Shown here piece by piece: positions 48,288 through 58,318 of a DNA stretch of 64,000 nt. The stretch comes from an uncultured Planctomycetales bacterium. Its GTDB lineage: Bacteria > Omnitrophota > Gorgyraeia > Gygaellales > Profunditerraquicolaceae. The first letter of the stretch is position 1, and every line of letters begins with the position of its first letter. The translations under genes were made by a program, and so were the position numbers. The stretch covers positions 67,693 to 131,692 of the forward strand of contig CAZRVK010000003.1 in assembly GCA_964603585.1 (NCBI GenBank), read 5' to 3'. The notes beneath the pieces were generated by a model, which saw nothing but the letters and a program-made list of their open reading frames with translations, had not been told where the DNA came from and ran no database searches.

Positions 48288-50738
48288 ATGGTTAATCTCA
48301 AAGATAATAAGACAGGAATGATCTTAATTGCCACGCTTTTAGTGGCAATGGTTGTTTTTATCCTCTCCGGCGCCTATGTTACAAGCTCTCTTGTGCATAA
48401 TCAGTCTGTGCAAAGGCAGAGGGATGCGATTCGCGCCTTTTATTTGGCGGAAAAAGGCACGGAATATGCCTTTGTTGAGTCGCGTAATAACGCCTGGAAC
48501 TGGCGGACCCATGAGATCGCGGCAACCGATATAGATAGCAATGGTTTAGTCGATGACCTGCAATTGGTTGCAACTCCGCAGGCTGTCAGTATTACTGATC
48601 CGGGTGTGCAGTATAATAGCGCCACCGGGTGGGTTTATACAATCGTTAATCCGCAAAACCCCGCGGAGCGGGTTGAAATAAAGACTTATACTGATCCGGC
48701 TCAACCAGGGGAAACTTGGGTATTAAGCCGGGCGGTTGTCAATGGCGCGCAAAAGCTGGTGCGGTATAAGATCAGCCGCAACTCAATGTTCAAGTGTTTC
48801 TTTTATTATCCCGGCAGTACTACTTTATCCAACAGGACTTTTGATGGTAAAGGTGTCGGGAAGATATTCGTTAACGGCAATATTTATCTGCACAATGTCA
48901 ATTTTATTGATATGGCAGAGATATCGACAAATAGTTCCGGGTATATCTCAAAACATTCTTTTTCTTATGAGGCGCCGTATCAATTAGATGATATGGATGG
49001 ATCCCGTGACGGCAGGGTGTTCCTGCCAGAGCTGGCTAATCCGCATATATACAGTCCATCCAATCCTTATCCCTGGAAAAGCAGTTCTTTTCCCCCCAGT
49101 GCCTGGCCGCCGTATCCTCTCTGGAATGTCAACCGGCATTTTTACTATGATCCGCCTTCCGGTTATACGTACAAAACTGCAACTTTTAATGGAGTGGATC
49201 TGCCGGTGAGTTTGGCTCAAAGCTGGACCTGGAGTAAATATAATTACGGGGTTCCTTCTACCGGAGGCCCGGAGCAGGATGTAGAGTTTTATGATGCCAA
49301 TGGCAATATCGCCGATAACCTGTATTGGAATCAGCTGATTGCGGCATACAACTATATTGATCCCGATTTCTTAACTAACAAGAAGTATCAGCGGACTAAT
49401 GCTACGGCAACGGTTAATTTTTTAAACACTGCTTATCAAGCAAGCGATTGGAACGCCTGGTTAAATGCAAACAGCCTGTCGGGCAAGATCAAAGAATACA
49501 GTTCCGGGGCAAAGGATATGGCCCCGCAGCAGATCCCGGGATATTATTCGGATTTAGCTCAAAACAACGGGCTTTATATCGACGGAAATATTTCTGGCGG
49601 CAGTTCGCCGCAAATCCTGCTTAACGGGGGTGTGATCGGGGATTTGAATAATTTGCCCTCCTGGCTCACGATCAAGCAGTTTGTCAATCCTTTATACTCC
49701 GGATATTCTTCTCCGACGCCGTCAGAGGTCCAGCCGTCTTTACAAAAAGTAATAGAGATCGATGTCGCACAACTGAAGGCGTCCGGGGTTCTTATCAATA
49801 ATAATGTGATCTATGTCAGGGTAGATGAGGCGGCTAATAACGCTAAATATGGAATTAAACTGGTTAATGCCCAGGAATTGCCGGATGCCGGTCTTGCCGG
49901 AAACAGTAATGGCTTGGTAGTAGTTTCCCCATACAATGTTTTTCTGCAAGGGTCTTTTAATCATAACCCCAGTAATCCTAATTATACTTCAAAACCTTCT
50001 GCGGTGATAACTAACAGCCGGTTTTATACCTTATCCGCACAATTCAACGATCCGCAGTATCCCACGATGTCATTATATCCTCCAGGATACCCGTATGAAC
50101 TGAATTATATCAGTGCGGAATTAACTACCTATCTGAATGCAGTTACCCAGGCCGATAAACAGGCGGCATTGCTGGCTTTGGAACAAAAGTGCCAGGAGCA
50201 GTTTATTTTGCCTAATTCTTTTAATATCCATTCTGCCCCTCCGGCTAACCTGACGGATTTACAGAGTGTTATTCGTTACGCATATAATGCGTATAACCAG
50301 CAATATATGCCCAATAAAGTTACAAGCGAGACGGTTTATAATGTAGCCGTAGCTACTCCGGAGGCTCCGCAAGGGATAGTGCTGGAACGCTGGCAGAATG
50401 AATCTTTTGGCACTGCCCCGGCTTGGTCGTATCAGCCAAAGATCATCGGTGCGTTTGTGCAGTTAAAAAACAAATGGTCGGCTATGTATGATACCCCGGA
50501 TTTTTATGGTTTCAAAAGGTTCCGTCCTAATGGAACAGGTATATATTCAAAATACACCTTTAGCCCGGGGACTTCTACAAGTTATCATGCTACGTCCCCG
50601 TCAGCTTTTCTTGAATATAATACCATTTTCGGCTCGGCAGGACAAGGCGGGTTGGGGGCTGCGGATTTGCTTGCCGGTACTCAATCCCTTTGGGAGGAGA
50701 TAAGCCCTACGGATTTTAATTTTAATCATCATATTTAA
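48288..50738 (+). CDS. Large PilX_N-domain pilus-associated protein (816 aa)
   Basis: RBS AAGGAG. N-terminus KTGMILIATLLVAMVVFILSGAYVTSSLVHNQSVQRQRDAIRAFYLAEKGTEYA matches the PilX N-terminal domain. The large C-terminal region shares VIEIDVAQLK and other motifs with the next protein. Confidence 0.6.
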   Translation: MVNLKDNKTGMILIATLLVAMVVFILSGAYVTSSLVHNQSVQRQRDAIRAFYLAEKGTEYAFVESRNNAWNWRTHEIAATDIDSNGLVDDLQLVATPQAVSITDPGVQYNSATGWVYTIVNPQNPAERVEIKTYTDPAQPGETWVLSRAVVNGAQKLVRYKISRNSMFKCFFYYPGSTTLSNRTFDGKGVGKIFVNGNIYLHNVNFIDMAEISTNSSGYISKHSFSYEAPYQLDDMDGSRDGRVFLPELANPHIYSPSNPYPWKSSSFPPSAWPPYPLWNVNRHFYYDPPSGYTYKTATFNGVDLPVSLAQSWTWSKYNYGVPSTGGPEQDVEFYDANGNIADNLYWNQLIAAYNYIDPDFLTNKKYQRTNATATVNFLNTAYQASDWNAWLNANSLSGKIKEYSSGAKDMAPQQIPGYYSDLAQNNGLYIDGNISGGSSPQILLNGGVIGDLNNLPSWLTIKQFVNPLYSGYSSPTPSEVQPSLQKVIEIDVAQLKASGVLINNNVIYVRVDEAANNAKYGIKLVNAQELPDAGLAGNSNGLVVVSPYNVFLQGSFNHNPSNPNYTSKPSAVITNSRFYTLSAQFNDPQYPTMSLYPPGYPYELNYISAELTTYLNAVTQADKQAALLALEQKCQEQFILPNSFNIHSAPPANLTDLQSVIRYAYNAYNQQYMPNKVTSETVYNVAVATPEAPQGIVLERWQNESFGTAPAWSYQPKIIGAFVQLKNKWSAMYDTPDFYGFKRFRPNGTGIYSKYTFSPGTSTSYHATSPSAFLEYNTIFGSAGQGGLGAADLLAGTQSLWEEISPTDFNFNHHI

Positions 50739-50914
50739 CTTTTCTCAAGCTTTATTTTATCCTGATACTTCAATCATACGAACATCTTAGAAGATTGTTT
50801 TTGCCTCTAAAATGTGGTATGCTTTAAATAAGACAGGAAAACATACTTTTAGTGCGCTGTTTTGCATGAAATGTGTAGGCAGCGGGTTCCGCAAAAAGAG
50901 GTTCTATAGGGTAT

Positions 50915-53857
50915 ATGTCAGCTAAGCCGTTCACAGGATCAGCTGGTTTAAAAGATCAAAGAGGTTTTGTTCTCATCTTTTCTTTACTGGTCATGGTGAT
51001 GCTTATGGGCGTGTCGGCGGTGGTTGTTTTGCGGACAATAAATGAAACTAACCTTGCCCGCCGCCGGAACAATTCAATGCAAGCCTTGTATGAAGCCGAA
51101 CGCGGTATTGCTTATGCTTATGCTGAAGAAGCCGCCGTAGGTTTTACCTGGTTTACCCATAAGGACAGGAATACACCGGTAACCAGTAATGAGAATGTTA
51201 CAAAAGGAAGTATTACTGTAGAGTTTGTCGCTCCAGTCCCGATTACTGCCACCGGCGCTCAATTAGATGGTGCAGGCAATTACTTTGCCAACGGCCGGTC
51301 TTTTTTGGTCAAGGCGTACCCGGAAGAGATAAATAACTCCTATACCGGAGTGGTTGTCATTCATTCCCAGGCAACAGTAAACGGCGTGACCCGGGTGATC
51401 GAATACCGCCTGGGCCAGGTTTCCCCGTACCAGTATTTCTTTTTCTATCCTACAGACCATACCTTTGGTTCCGAGGTTTATGACGGCCGTAATTACGGCG
51501 GGATACATGCTAATGGAGATATCCTTTTAACCAATAACCCCGGTTTCTACTTCCTGACCGAGCTTACCTCTGGGTCCAATGTCCCAGGGAAAGGATTTAT
51601 AAAACGGGTCTTTAACACTACTTATGCCACTTATCAGGGTGATCAAAGCACTCCTCTTGTTTGGTCGGATTTAAGGCGTATGTATAACAACTCACAGTAT
51701 CATGTAAGTACCGGTAATGTGACTTTTAAATATGGGAATTTGAGTTCTGCATCTACAAAGATCCTGCCATATTATCTTTTAGATAATGCCGGCACTGCCG
51801 CCTGGAATACTAATAATTATCCGGTCAATGGGCTTAACCCCGCCTATTGGAACATTACTAACGCTAATTTAGTTAATCAGGCAATCACTGAATTAGCGGG
51901 TAACTCTTTGCCAGTAAAGTTGCTATCCACCACTAAAAACATTACCGGGTTAGCTGGGATTGACGACGGTAATGAAGAGTATGTCTTTAGGCAGATGTAC
52001 AGCAAATACGGCACGGATATGGCTAATGGGGTATGGCAGCAGTTTTGGCAGAAATGGAAGGCCAATTATGACGGCACTTATCCGGCTCTTTCTGAACGTT
52101 ATGGTGATTGGGAGCGGCAGTATCTTCTTGCGACCAATGATTGGGCGATGAATGCCTCTAATATGATCGATGGGATCAACCGGGAGTGGTGGGAGGATTT
52201 GCAATACGGAGATGACGCCAAAAACCCTGCCCAGGCCGATGATACTGTTACTGGTTTAGCTACCCAGGGGTATATTTTAAATACTTCAAATCAAAGTGCC
52301 GCCTGGCAGGCATGGCTGGCAGAGCAGGATGGTAATGGGCTCACCCTTAATGCCAGAGGCCAAGATAGGACCTTTATCCAGGATGCCTCCCAGGGAGGAA
52401 GTTTTATTGATCCGGGCAAAATAGTCAGTTCACAAACAAGCAATGCTGAAATCAAGAAAAAGGCTAAGAACGGGGGGATATATATTGGCCCGGAAGGCCC
52501 GCTTCTTGGTGATGTGAACGGGGATTTACAAGTTGATTGGCAGGATGAGCAAATATTCTGGGATCAACTGGATTCTTGCGGCCCGGGGTTGTCCGCAGAC
52601 CTTACTGGTGATGGTTGTGTTGATTGGGACGATGCAGATATATTGTACACTAATTATGGCGCAGTTGCCCCGATTGTCAATCCGATCTCTGACTGTACAA
52701 CCGATAAGAGTTTTTATAATGCGCTTCATCCTGCCCGTTGGGGTTTACGTTATAGCCCCAGTAAGGTTTTGGAGATCGACATCGCACAGCTTAAACAGAA
52801 GATCGAGAATGAGATGCCGAATTTTAATGGAGTGCTTTATATCGACCTGGCGGGTTATAATCCGAATGATTGGTCCGGCAGTACCGGGGTCATGTTAGTT
52901 AACGGACAACGTCTCCCTGATGGGGGGTTAAGTGTCGCCAGTTCCAATAATATATATATAAAAGGCGATTATAATCTTGATCCTGACGGAGATAGCGATA
53001 AGAACCGTGTTCAAGATGATGTGGCTGTTACCAGTAAATACACCGGTTTAGAGTGGCAGCCGGCGGAGATCATTACACAACGGGCAGTGTACACAGTTTC
53101 CAGCAGTTTTTCCGAGCCGCAAGTTATGCCGTTACTTAGCCACCAGTACTATCAGTATTATGATGAGCATTATAATTATACTAATGCCGATGTGGTTACG
53201 GACCCGCGATGGGGTAAGCCAGGGGCGAGTTGGATGCCTTCAGAGAGTGATACTTCCTGGTCAGCCAAGATAACCAGCTGGTTGACTTTGTCAGGAACAA
53301 CTTTGGACCTGTCAAGTAAGTCCGCGATAGAGGGTATGTCTTATAATGGGATTTCCTGGGGTGTGTACGACCCCAGTGACCCCTATGTGTATTTTTATGA
53401 TAAGGGGACTGCAGATATTGCCGATGACGTCTATATCCTGCGCCGGGATTTAAAAACTGATCTTGAAAGTAAAGTGCGCACTAATTATAATGCCAAGTAT
53501 ACCTATGACCCGGCGCGCGAGGCAGATGAATATCAAAAAGCAAATCCGGTAAGCGTAAAGCATATATATAATGCCGCCATAGTTACCCCGTATTCTACCG
53601 ACCCGTATGTTTTAGAGAATTGGGGGTCTACCCAAAGGGTAGTAAACGGAGCTTTTATCCAACTGCCGGATTCGTCTAAATTAAATATTCCAAGTTTATC
53701 TTATTGCGGTAGTGATTACAGGGTTTCTAATCCTTCCAAGGTCTTTAATTATGAAACGCGTTTCGGTAGAGGTGCCAATAGCTCTGACCGTCCGAGAGTC
53801 GGGTTGGTTTTCGCCGGTGATTCATCCTGGCGGACGATCGGCCTATCGGATTTTTAA
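50915..53857 (+). CDS. Large PilX_N-domain pilus-associated protein (980 aa) with dockerin-like Ca-binding repeats
   Basis: QRGFVLIFSLLVMVMLMGVSAVVVLRTINETNLARRRNNSMQALYEAERGIAYA (PilX_N). DVNGDLQVDWQDEQIFWDQL...DLTGDGCVDWDDADILYTNYG is a dockerin type-I-like duplicated D-x-N/D-x-D-G loop. Confidence 0.6.
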   Translation: MSAKPFTGSAGLKDQRGFVLIFSLLVMVMLMGVSAVVVLRTINETNLARRRNNSMQALYEAERGIAYAYAEEAAVGFTWFTHKDRNTPVTSNENVTKGSITVEFVAPVPITATGAQLDGAGNYFANGRSFLVKAYPEEINNSYTGVVVIHSQATVNGVTRVIEYRLGQVSPYQYFFFYPTDHTFGSEVYDGRNYGGIHANGDILLTNNPGFYFLTELTSGSNVPGKGFIKRVFNTTYATYQGDQSTPLVWSDLRRMYNNSQYHVSTGNVTFKYGNLSSASTKILPYYLLDNAGTAAWNTNNYPVNGLNPAYWNITNANLVNQAITELAGNSLPVKLLSTTKNITGLAGIDDGNEEYVFRQMYSKYGTDMANGVWQQFWQKWKANYDGTYPALSERYGDWERQYLLATNDWAMNASNMIDGINREWWEDLQYGDDAKNPAQADDTVTGLATQGYILNTSNQSAAWQAWLAEQDGNGLTLNARGQDRTFIQDASQGGSFIDPGKIVSSQTSNAEIKKKAKNGGIYIGPEGPLLGDVNGDLQVDWQDEQIFWDQLDSCGPGLSADLTGDGCVDWDDADILYTNYGAVAPIVNPISDCTTDKSFYNALHPARWGLRYSPSKVLEIDIAQLKQKIENEMPNFNGVLYIDLAGYNPNDWSGSTGVMLVNGQRLPDGGLSVASSNNIYIKGDYNLDPDGDSDKNRVQDDVAVTSKYTGLEWQPAEIITQRAVYTVSSSFSEPQVMPLLSHQYYQYYDEHYNYTNADVVTDPRWGKPGASWMPSESDTSWSAKITSWLTLSGTTLDLSSKSAIEGMSYNGISWGVYDPSDPYVYFYDKGTADIADDVYILRRDLKTDLESKVRTNYNAKYTYDPAREADEYQKANPVSVKHIYNAAIVTPYSTDPYVLENWGSTQRVVNGAFIQLPDSSKLNIPSLSYCGSDYRVSNPSKVFNYETRFGRGANSSDRPRVGLVFAGDSSWRTIGLSDF

Positions 53858-53864
53858 GGATAGT

Positions 53865-54269
53865 ATGAAAAAAGCTACTAAGAATAATCCGTTTTCCAGA
53901 GGGTTCAGTTTATTGGAAGTATTGGTTGCGGCTGCTATTTTAACCACGGCCGCGGGGATTTATTTGGGTGTTTTAGTCCAGACTTCAGTGCTTTCAGAAA
54001 CTAACCAGATGGAGGATCTTGCGCTTAATGCGGCACAGTCTAAGATAGAGGAGATCTCCCAATCCAATATTAGTATGATCATGACGAATTATCACAATAA
54101 GACTTTTCCTGTTGCAGGGTTAGTGCCTCCGGCAGGGCAGGCGAATCCTTTGTTAGTTACGGTTACGGGGTCAAATCAGTTGTTCCATGTCACAGTAACC
54201 GTAAGATGGCTGCAAAGAGGCAGGGTTATCCAAAGATCGGTCTCTACCACCGTAGTGAATAAAGGTTAA
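53865..54269 (+). CDS. Prepilin-type N-terminal-domain minor pilin
   Basis: Internal ATG at 53865 with AAGGA RBS. MKKATKNNPFSRGFSLLEVLVAAAILTTAAG has canonical G-F-S-L-L-E. The longer frame listed at 53712 overlaps the upstream gene. Confidence 0.65.
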   Translation: MKKATKNNPFSRGFSLLEVLVAAAILTTAAGIYLGVLVQTSVLSETNQMEDLALNAAQSKIEEISQSNISMIMTNYHNKTFPVAGLVPPAGQANPLLVTVTGSNQLFHVTVTVRWLQRGRVIQRSVSTTVVNKG

Positions 54270-54274
54270 ACCTT

Positions 54275-54886
54275 ATGCTAAAGGATGTATTGCGGTTTAG
54301 ATTATCCGGGGGATTCACTTTACTTGAGCTTATGGCGGTGGTGGGGGTATTTGGGCTGACGGTTGCAGTTTCCGGCGTCCTGTTAACTACCTCCAGGAAC
54401 TACGGCGATTTTAATGAGGCTAAACTTCAGGCAAAGGAATCTGCACGTATTGCCTTGGAGCGGATAAATCAGGAACTGCGCCTTTCCAGCCCCAGCAAGG
54501 TCAGTATTTCCAATCTTGTTAGCTGGGCCCCCTCTTCTAATGAGCCTCAACCCGGAAGCGTGATCAATTTCCAGATCCCGGTAGGGATATACAGCAATCT
54601 TGATTTAACCTCCAGCAATGAGCTTAAGTGGGGTTCAGCCTTTAATGAGGGTTCTTATTTAGCTTATTCTGTTAATGGGAATTCGCAGCTGGTGAAATCT
54701 ACTTATACTTCTGCCTCCGGGGCTAATCCCACAACTGAATTAGTATCTAATCATATTGGAAGCATAACTTTTAGCCGGACGGATACCTCTTCTTCGTTAA
54801 TACGTGTTGTAATTACCGCAATTGCCATCTTTAGGCAAAATCCGATTTCAGAAAGTTTAACTGTTGATATTAAATTGAGGAATTGA
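54275..54886 (+). CDS. Prepilin-type N-terminal-domain minor pilin
   Basis: LSGGFTLLELMAVVGVFGLTVAV. Confidence 0.65.
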   Translation: MLKDVLRFRLSGGFTLLELMAVVGVFGLTVAVSGVLLTTSRNYGDFNEAKLQAKESARIALERINQELRLSSPSKVSISNLVSWAPSSNEPQPGSVINFQIPVGIYSNLDLTSSNELKWGSAFNEGSYLAYSVNGNSQLVKSTYTSASGANPTTELVSNHIGSITFSRTDTSSSLIRVVITAIAIFRQNPISESLTVDIKLRN

Positions 54887-54898
54887 ACCTGTTTATTT

Positions 54899-55927
54899 TT
54901 ACTCTTCCAGGGCAAGGCCTATGGCAACGGCAAGGTAAGGGGAGAGTTTGGTGACATTTTCCGCAGGGATATTCGGAGAAATGGATAAATTCTTTAATGG
55001 GTCAAGAGTTACGATCTCAAGCCCTAAATATCCGCCTAAGAATTCTTTCAGTCCGTAGAGCTGGGATGAGCCTCCGGTTATATACATCTCCTGGATCTTT
55101 TGTTCGGTTAAATTCTCGAAAAAATCAATAGAAACAAAGATCTCATTCAGTAGTGTTGCCAGGGTGGTTTTGATGATCTTTGAAACATCCTCGTGGGCAT
55201 TCTTTAAATTGAATTTCAGATCCTCGGCAGCTTTGCGGTCTAATTCCAGTTTGGTTTGCAACAAAGAAGTTACGGATTCTCCTCCAAAACGGGTGTCCCG
55301 GACAAAATAGGGGATCTTCTCCCGCATAATTACCAGATTAGTTATCTTGTCCCCGATATTCAGGAAGGTAATATTGGTTTGGTTCTTTGCCGGGTAGTTG
55401 AAATAAAGGGTGTTCATCATGGTCAATGCATCCATGGTGATCAGATGCGGTTCAAGCCCGGCCTTACGGATCAAATCTATGCGCATATCGATCATTTCTT
55501 TGCGTGTGGCGACTAAGAAAACCCGCATCCGGTTAGCGGAATTAGGTTCATCTCCTACAATATGAAAGTCAAAATATACTTCTTCCGGCTTAAAAGGTAT
55601 ATGATCTTCAAGCTCGAACAGGATCGCCTTTCTTAATTCATCCTCGCTCATTTTAGGTAGTGATAAATGCCGGGCAACTACGCTTTCTCCGGACAAGGAG
55701 ATATTGGCTTCTTTAGTGTGGATGTGCGCTTCATCAAGGATTTGTTTTATCTCAAGGGAGAGATCTTTGGTTTCCCGGATATCTTTCATTGCGGCAGCGG
55801 TAATAAGACTGTTTGAACCGGATTTCTCGATTTCCACCACCTTGAGATTACAACTGCCGATATCCAGGCCGACAGATTTTTTATTTTTTTCTTTTGTACC
55901 AAAAGAGAATAGGTTTTTTATGTTCAT
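54899..55927 (-). CDS. pilM: Type IV pilus assembly ATPase-fold protein PilM
   Basis: Actin-like fold motifs VGLDIGSCNLKVVEI and MYITGGSSQLYGLKEFL. Confidence 0.75.
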   Translation of the reverse strand: MNIKNLFSFGTKEKNKKSVGLDIGSCNLKVVEIEKSGSNSLITAAAMKDIRETKDLSLEIKQILDEAHIHTKEANISLSGESVVARHLSLPKMSEDELRKAILFELEDHIPFKPEEVYFDFHIVGDEPNSANRMRVFLVATRKEMIDMRIDLIRKAGLEPHLITMDALTMMNTLYFNYPAKNQTNITFLNIGDKITNLVIMREKIPYFVRDTRFGGESVTSLLQTKLELDRKAAEDLKFNLKNAHEDVSKIIKTTLATLLNEIFVSIDFFENLTEQKIQEMYITGGSSQLYGLKEFLGGYLGLEIVTLDPLKNLSISPNIPAENVTKLSPYLAVAIGLALEE

Positions 55928-55941
55928 TCAGCGGATTTGGG

Positions 55942-57393
55942 TTATTTTTTCGCCGGAAGGGGCGTTTTATTTAAAGCATCGGCAATGATGAAATTTCTTA
56001 GATGTTCTTTTTTCGCTTTGGTTAAGCCGGCGAGTTCTTCGTTTGAATCTGTAAAGTTGCGTTTTTCCCTTTTTGTCATGAGCATGCCGTCCATGATATG
56101 CGGGGTGATAAAAATTATCAGCTCTTGGTCGGTGGTGGTATTTTTTATTTTACTAAAAAGGATCTTTCCCAGAAAGGGGATATCCCCTAAAAGAGGGATT
56201 TTCTCAACCGTTGTAGAAATATCCTTTTTCTTTAACCCCCCGATTACCGCGGTATATCCGTCTTGGAGCATAAAATTGGTGGATACTTTACGGGAATCAA
56301 TAGAAGGTTCGTTAGTGGTGCCTACGAAGGCCGCGGCGAAACTTTGTTCACCCTGGACATTTAAGGAGATGGTTTGATCCTGGGTTATATGGGGAGTAAC
56401 ATTTAATTTTATCCCCACATCCTTAAATTGTGTGCTGGTGACTGAAGATGAGCTCTGGGTGCTGGTGGAAACATAAGTATAAGGCACTTGTTCATTGATC
56501 TCGATCTGTGCCGGAAGGTTATCTAAAGTAAGGACCCGTGGGTTAGCCAGGATGCTTACACGGTCATCCGAAGCAAAGGCAGTAATCTCGGCGTCTAACT
56601 GCCATGTAGGCAGGATGCTTTTGCGGGTAATAAGATCAAGCGCGGTCCCGGCGGTGGATTTGAGCACTTGTTTGACGGATCTATCGGCACGGTTTTTATT
56701 TTGTGCTGTCCAGTTTACGCCGTAACCTAAAAGATCGGTGCGTTTAACGCTGATGATCAAGGCTTCTACCATTACCTGGGGAGTGCGCCTGTCTAAATTG
56801 GTGATAATATCATGCATTTTCAAGATTATATCCGGGGAATCATTTATGATCAGGGAATTTGTCGGGATGTTTACTTCTATACTGCCTCTGGGCGAGAGCA
56901 TTTTAGTCAGTGATTTCTGGATTTCCTCTGCTTTGGCAAAGTTAAGCGTAATGATCTTTGTGGATAAAGGCAGTGTTTCATCCTCTTTTTTCACGGTAGC
57001 CAATGTCATGACACGGATGATATTATCCTGTGTCCGGTAAGTAAACTCATTTGTCTTTAAGATGTTGTCTAAGGCGGTTTGCCAGGACACGTCTTTTAGG
57101 GTTACATTTATCTTTGCTTTGACATCCTTATCCAGGATGATATTCATGCCGCTTGCCTCTGAAATAATTTTTAATGCATCCTCGATATTCACGTCTTTGA
57201 GGTTAAGGCTGATAAGATTTGCTGCCGGGGATGTTTTTGTTTGCGGAGCGGGTTTCTCCTGTGAATAAATCAATTCCGATGATGAAAGAGTAAAGACCAG
57301 GAGTAAGATCGATACAAGCGGTTTATTTATTCTCATCATTTTTATTGGCATTTTTATCTGCTTCCCATTTAATTTCAAATAGGGTTCCTCCAT
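55942..57393 (-). CDS. pilQ: Type IV pilus secretin PilQ (the true start is probably the internal MMRINKP, about 57339)
   Basis: Signal peptide LVSILLLVFTLSSSELIYSQE. Secretin C-domain VIGGLKKKDISTTVEKIPLLGDIPFLGKILF. Confidence 0.75.
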   Translation of the reverse strand: MEEPYLKLNGKQIKMPIKMMRINKPLVSILLLVFTLSSSELIYSQEKPAPQTKTSPAANLISLNLKDVNIEDALKIISEASGMNIILDKDVKAKINVTLKDVSWQTALDNILKTNEFTYRTQDNIIRVMTLATVKKEDETLPLSTKIITLNFAKAEEIQKSLTKMLSPRGSIEVNIPTNSLIINDSPDIILKMHDIITNLDRRTPQVMVEALIISVKRTDLLGYGVNWTAQNKNRADRSVKQVLKSTAGTALDLITRKSILPTWQLDAEITAFASDDRVSILANPRVLTLDNLPAQIEINEQVPYTYVSTSTQSSSSVTSTQFKDVGIKLNVTPHITQDQTISLNVQGEQSFAAAFVGTTNEPSIDSRKVSTNFMLQDGYTAVIGGLKKKDISTTVEKIPLLGDIPFLGKILFSKIKNTTTDQELIIFITPHIMDGMLMTKREKRNFTDSNEELAGLTKAKKEHLRNFIIADALNKTPLPAKK

Positions 57394-57733
57394 AAGTTAC
57401 GACCACCATATCCGGGGTAATCTTTTCGATCGTCATTTCTTTGAAGACTTCGCCTTCTTTTACCAGTTCTCCATCAATCAAGGCGTAAAACTTATCTTTG
57501 AGCTTGCTTATCCCCATCAATGTTACCTTTGGGGCGGCTTTTTCTATGGTCGGTTTTTTGAAGTCCCTTCTTAATTCACCCTTTGCATCCACCAGCGGAA
57601 GAAAAGGGTCATGTTTATCCAGTTCATTATAAACAAATTCTTCGTTTTGTGCAAATGTAATTATAGAAAAATTAATACTGTATATTAATATAAGAAATAA
57701 TATATGTAATACCCTTGAGTTATATCTTTTCAT
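57323..57733 (-). CDS. pilP: PilP-like pilus assembly lipoprotein
   Basis: Small signal-anchored protein. C-terminal beta-domain ALIDGELVKEGEVFKEMTIEKITPDMVVV. Its position lies between the pilO-like gene and pilQ. Confidence 0.5.
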   Translation of the reverse strand: MKRYNSRVLHILFLILIYSINFSIITFAQNEEFVYNELDKHDPFLPLVDAKGELRRDFKKPTIEKAAPKVTLMGISKLKDKFYALIDGELVKEGEVFKEMTIEKITPDMVVVTYGGTLFEIKWEADKNANKNDENK

Positions 57734-58314
57734 TGTCCCTTTGCATAAATTAGTAAAGGTATCCTAAATTTCAGTTGCACCTCGTGGTTCCAGATATCTT
57801 GAGGGTTATTTTGTATCCGGATGTCATTTATAATGATCAGCTTATCGAAGTTCTCTATTTTGCTTAAGAACACCAGGAGTTGTTTGTAATCACAGTTTAA
57901 CCTTATTTCAAGGGAAAGCATTTCCAGTGATATATCCTTTCGCCCGGATATTTCCATTCGCACCCTTTCTGCAGGGGTGATGCTTCGGATGCTGATGTCG
58001 GATGTTTGCGCAAAGCGGTTCATCCTGGTTAATACCTCTTCAATGTCCGTGAAGAATTTCTTCTCGTTTTCTTTTGATTCCTGGGTTAGTTTGCCGCTTT
58101 CTTTATCCAAAGCCGCCTGCATTACTGCCAGATTCCCGGCATTGGCGATCTCTGCCTTTATCTTGTTTATTTCTTTGTTAAGGCTGGAATTCTTAATCCA
58201 AAGGCCTGCGGCCAGTTTTAAGAACCCAGCCACAATAAGTATCAGCACAAGTATTATTAGTGCGGATTTTATTCTTGGATCTTTGGATAGTTGATTGAAG
58301 TTTATCGCGGCCAT
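57730..58314 (-). CDS. pilO: PilO-like inner-membrane pilus assembly protein
   Basis: N-terminal TM helix, then coiled coil, then alpha/beta domain. Overlaps pilP by 4 nt (ATGA). Confidence 0.55.
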   Translation of the reverse strand: MAAINFNQLSKDPRIKSALIILVLILIVAGFLKLAAGLWIKNSSLNKEINKIKAEIANAGNLAVMQAALDKESGKLTQESKENEKKFFTDIEEVLTRMNRFAQTSDISIRSITPAERVRMEISGRKDISLEMLSLEIRLNCDYKQLLVFLSKIENFDKLIIINDIRIQNNPQDIWNHEVQLKFRIPLLIYAKGQ

Positions 58315-58318
58315 ATAC

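Noticed and set aside
48984-49220. Short ORFs on either strand inside the PilX-like, GH and pilQ genes (e.g. 48984..49220, 52533..52898, 56738..57040)
   Set aside because: They are embedded in longer frames with homology support. They lack RBS signals and have biased antisense-type composition.
57323-57393. 70-nt overlap between the pilQ frame start and the pilP-like gene
   Set aside because: Probably over-extension of the pilQ frame. An in-frame ATG pair (MMRINKP) at about 57339 directly precedes the signal peptide.
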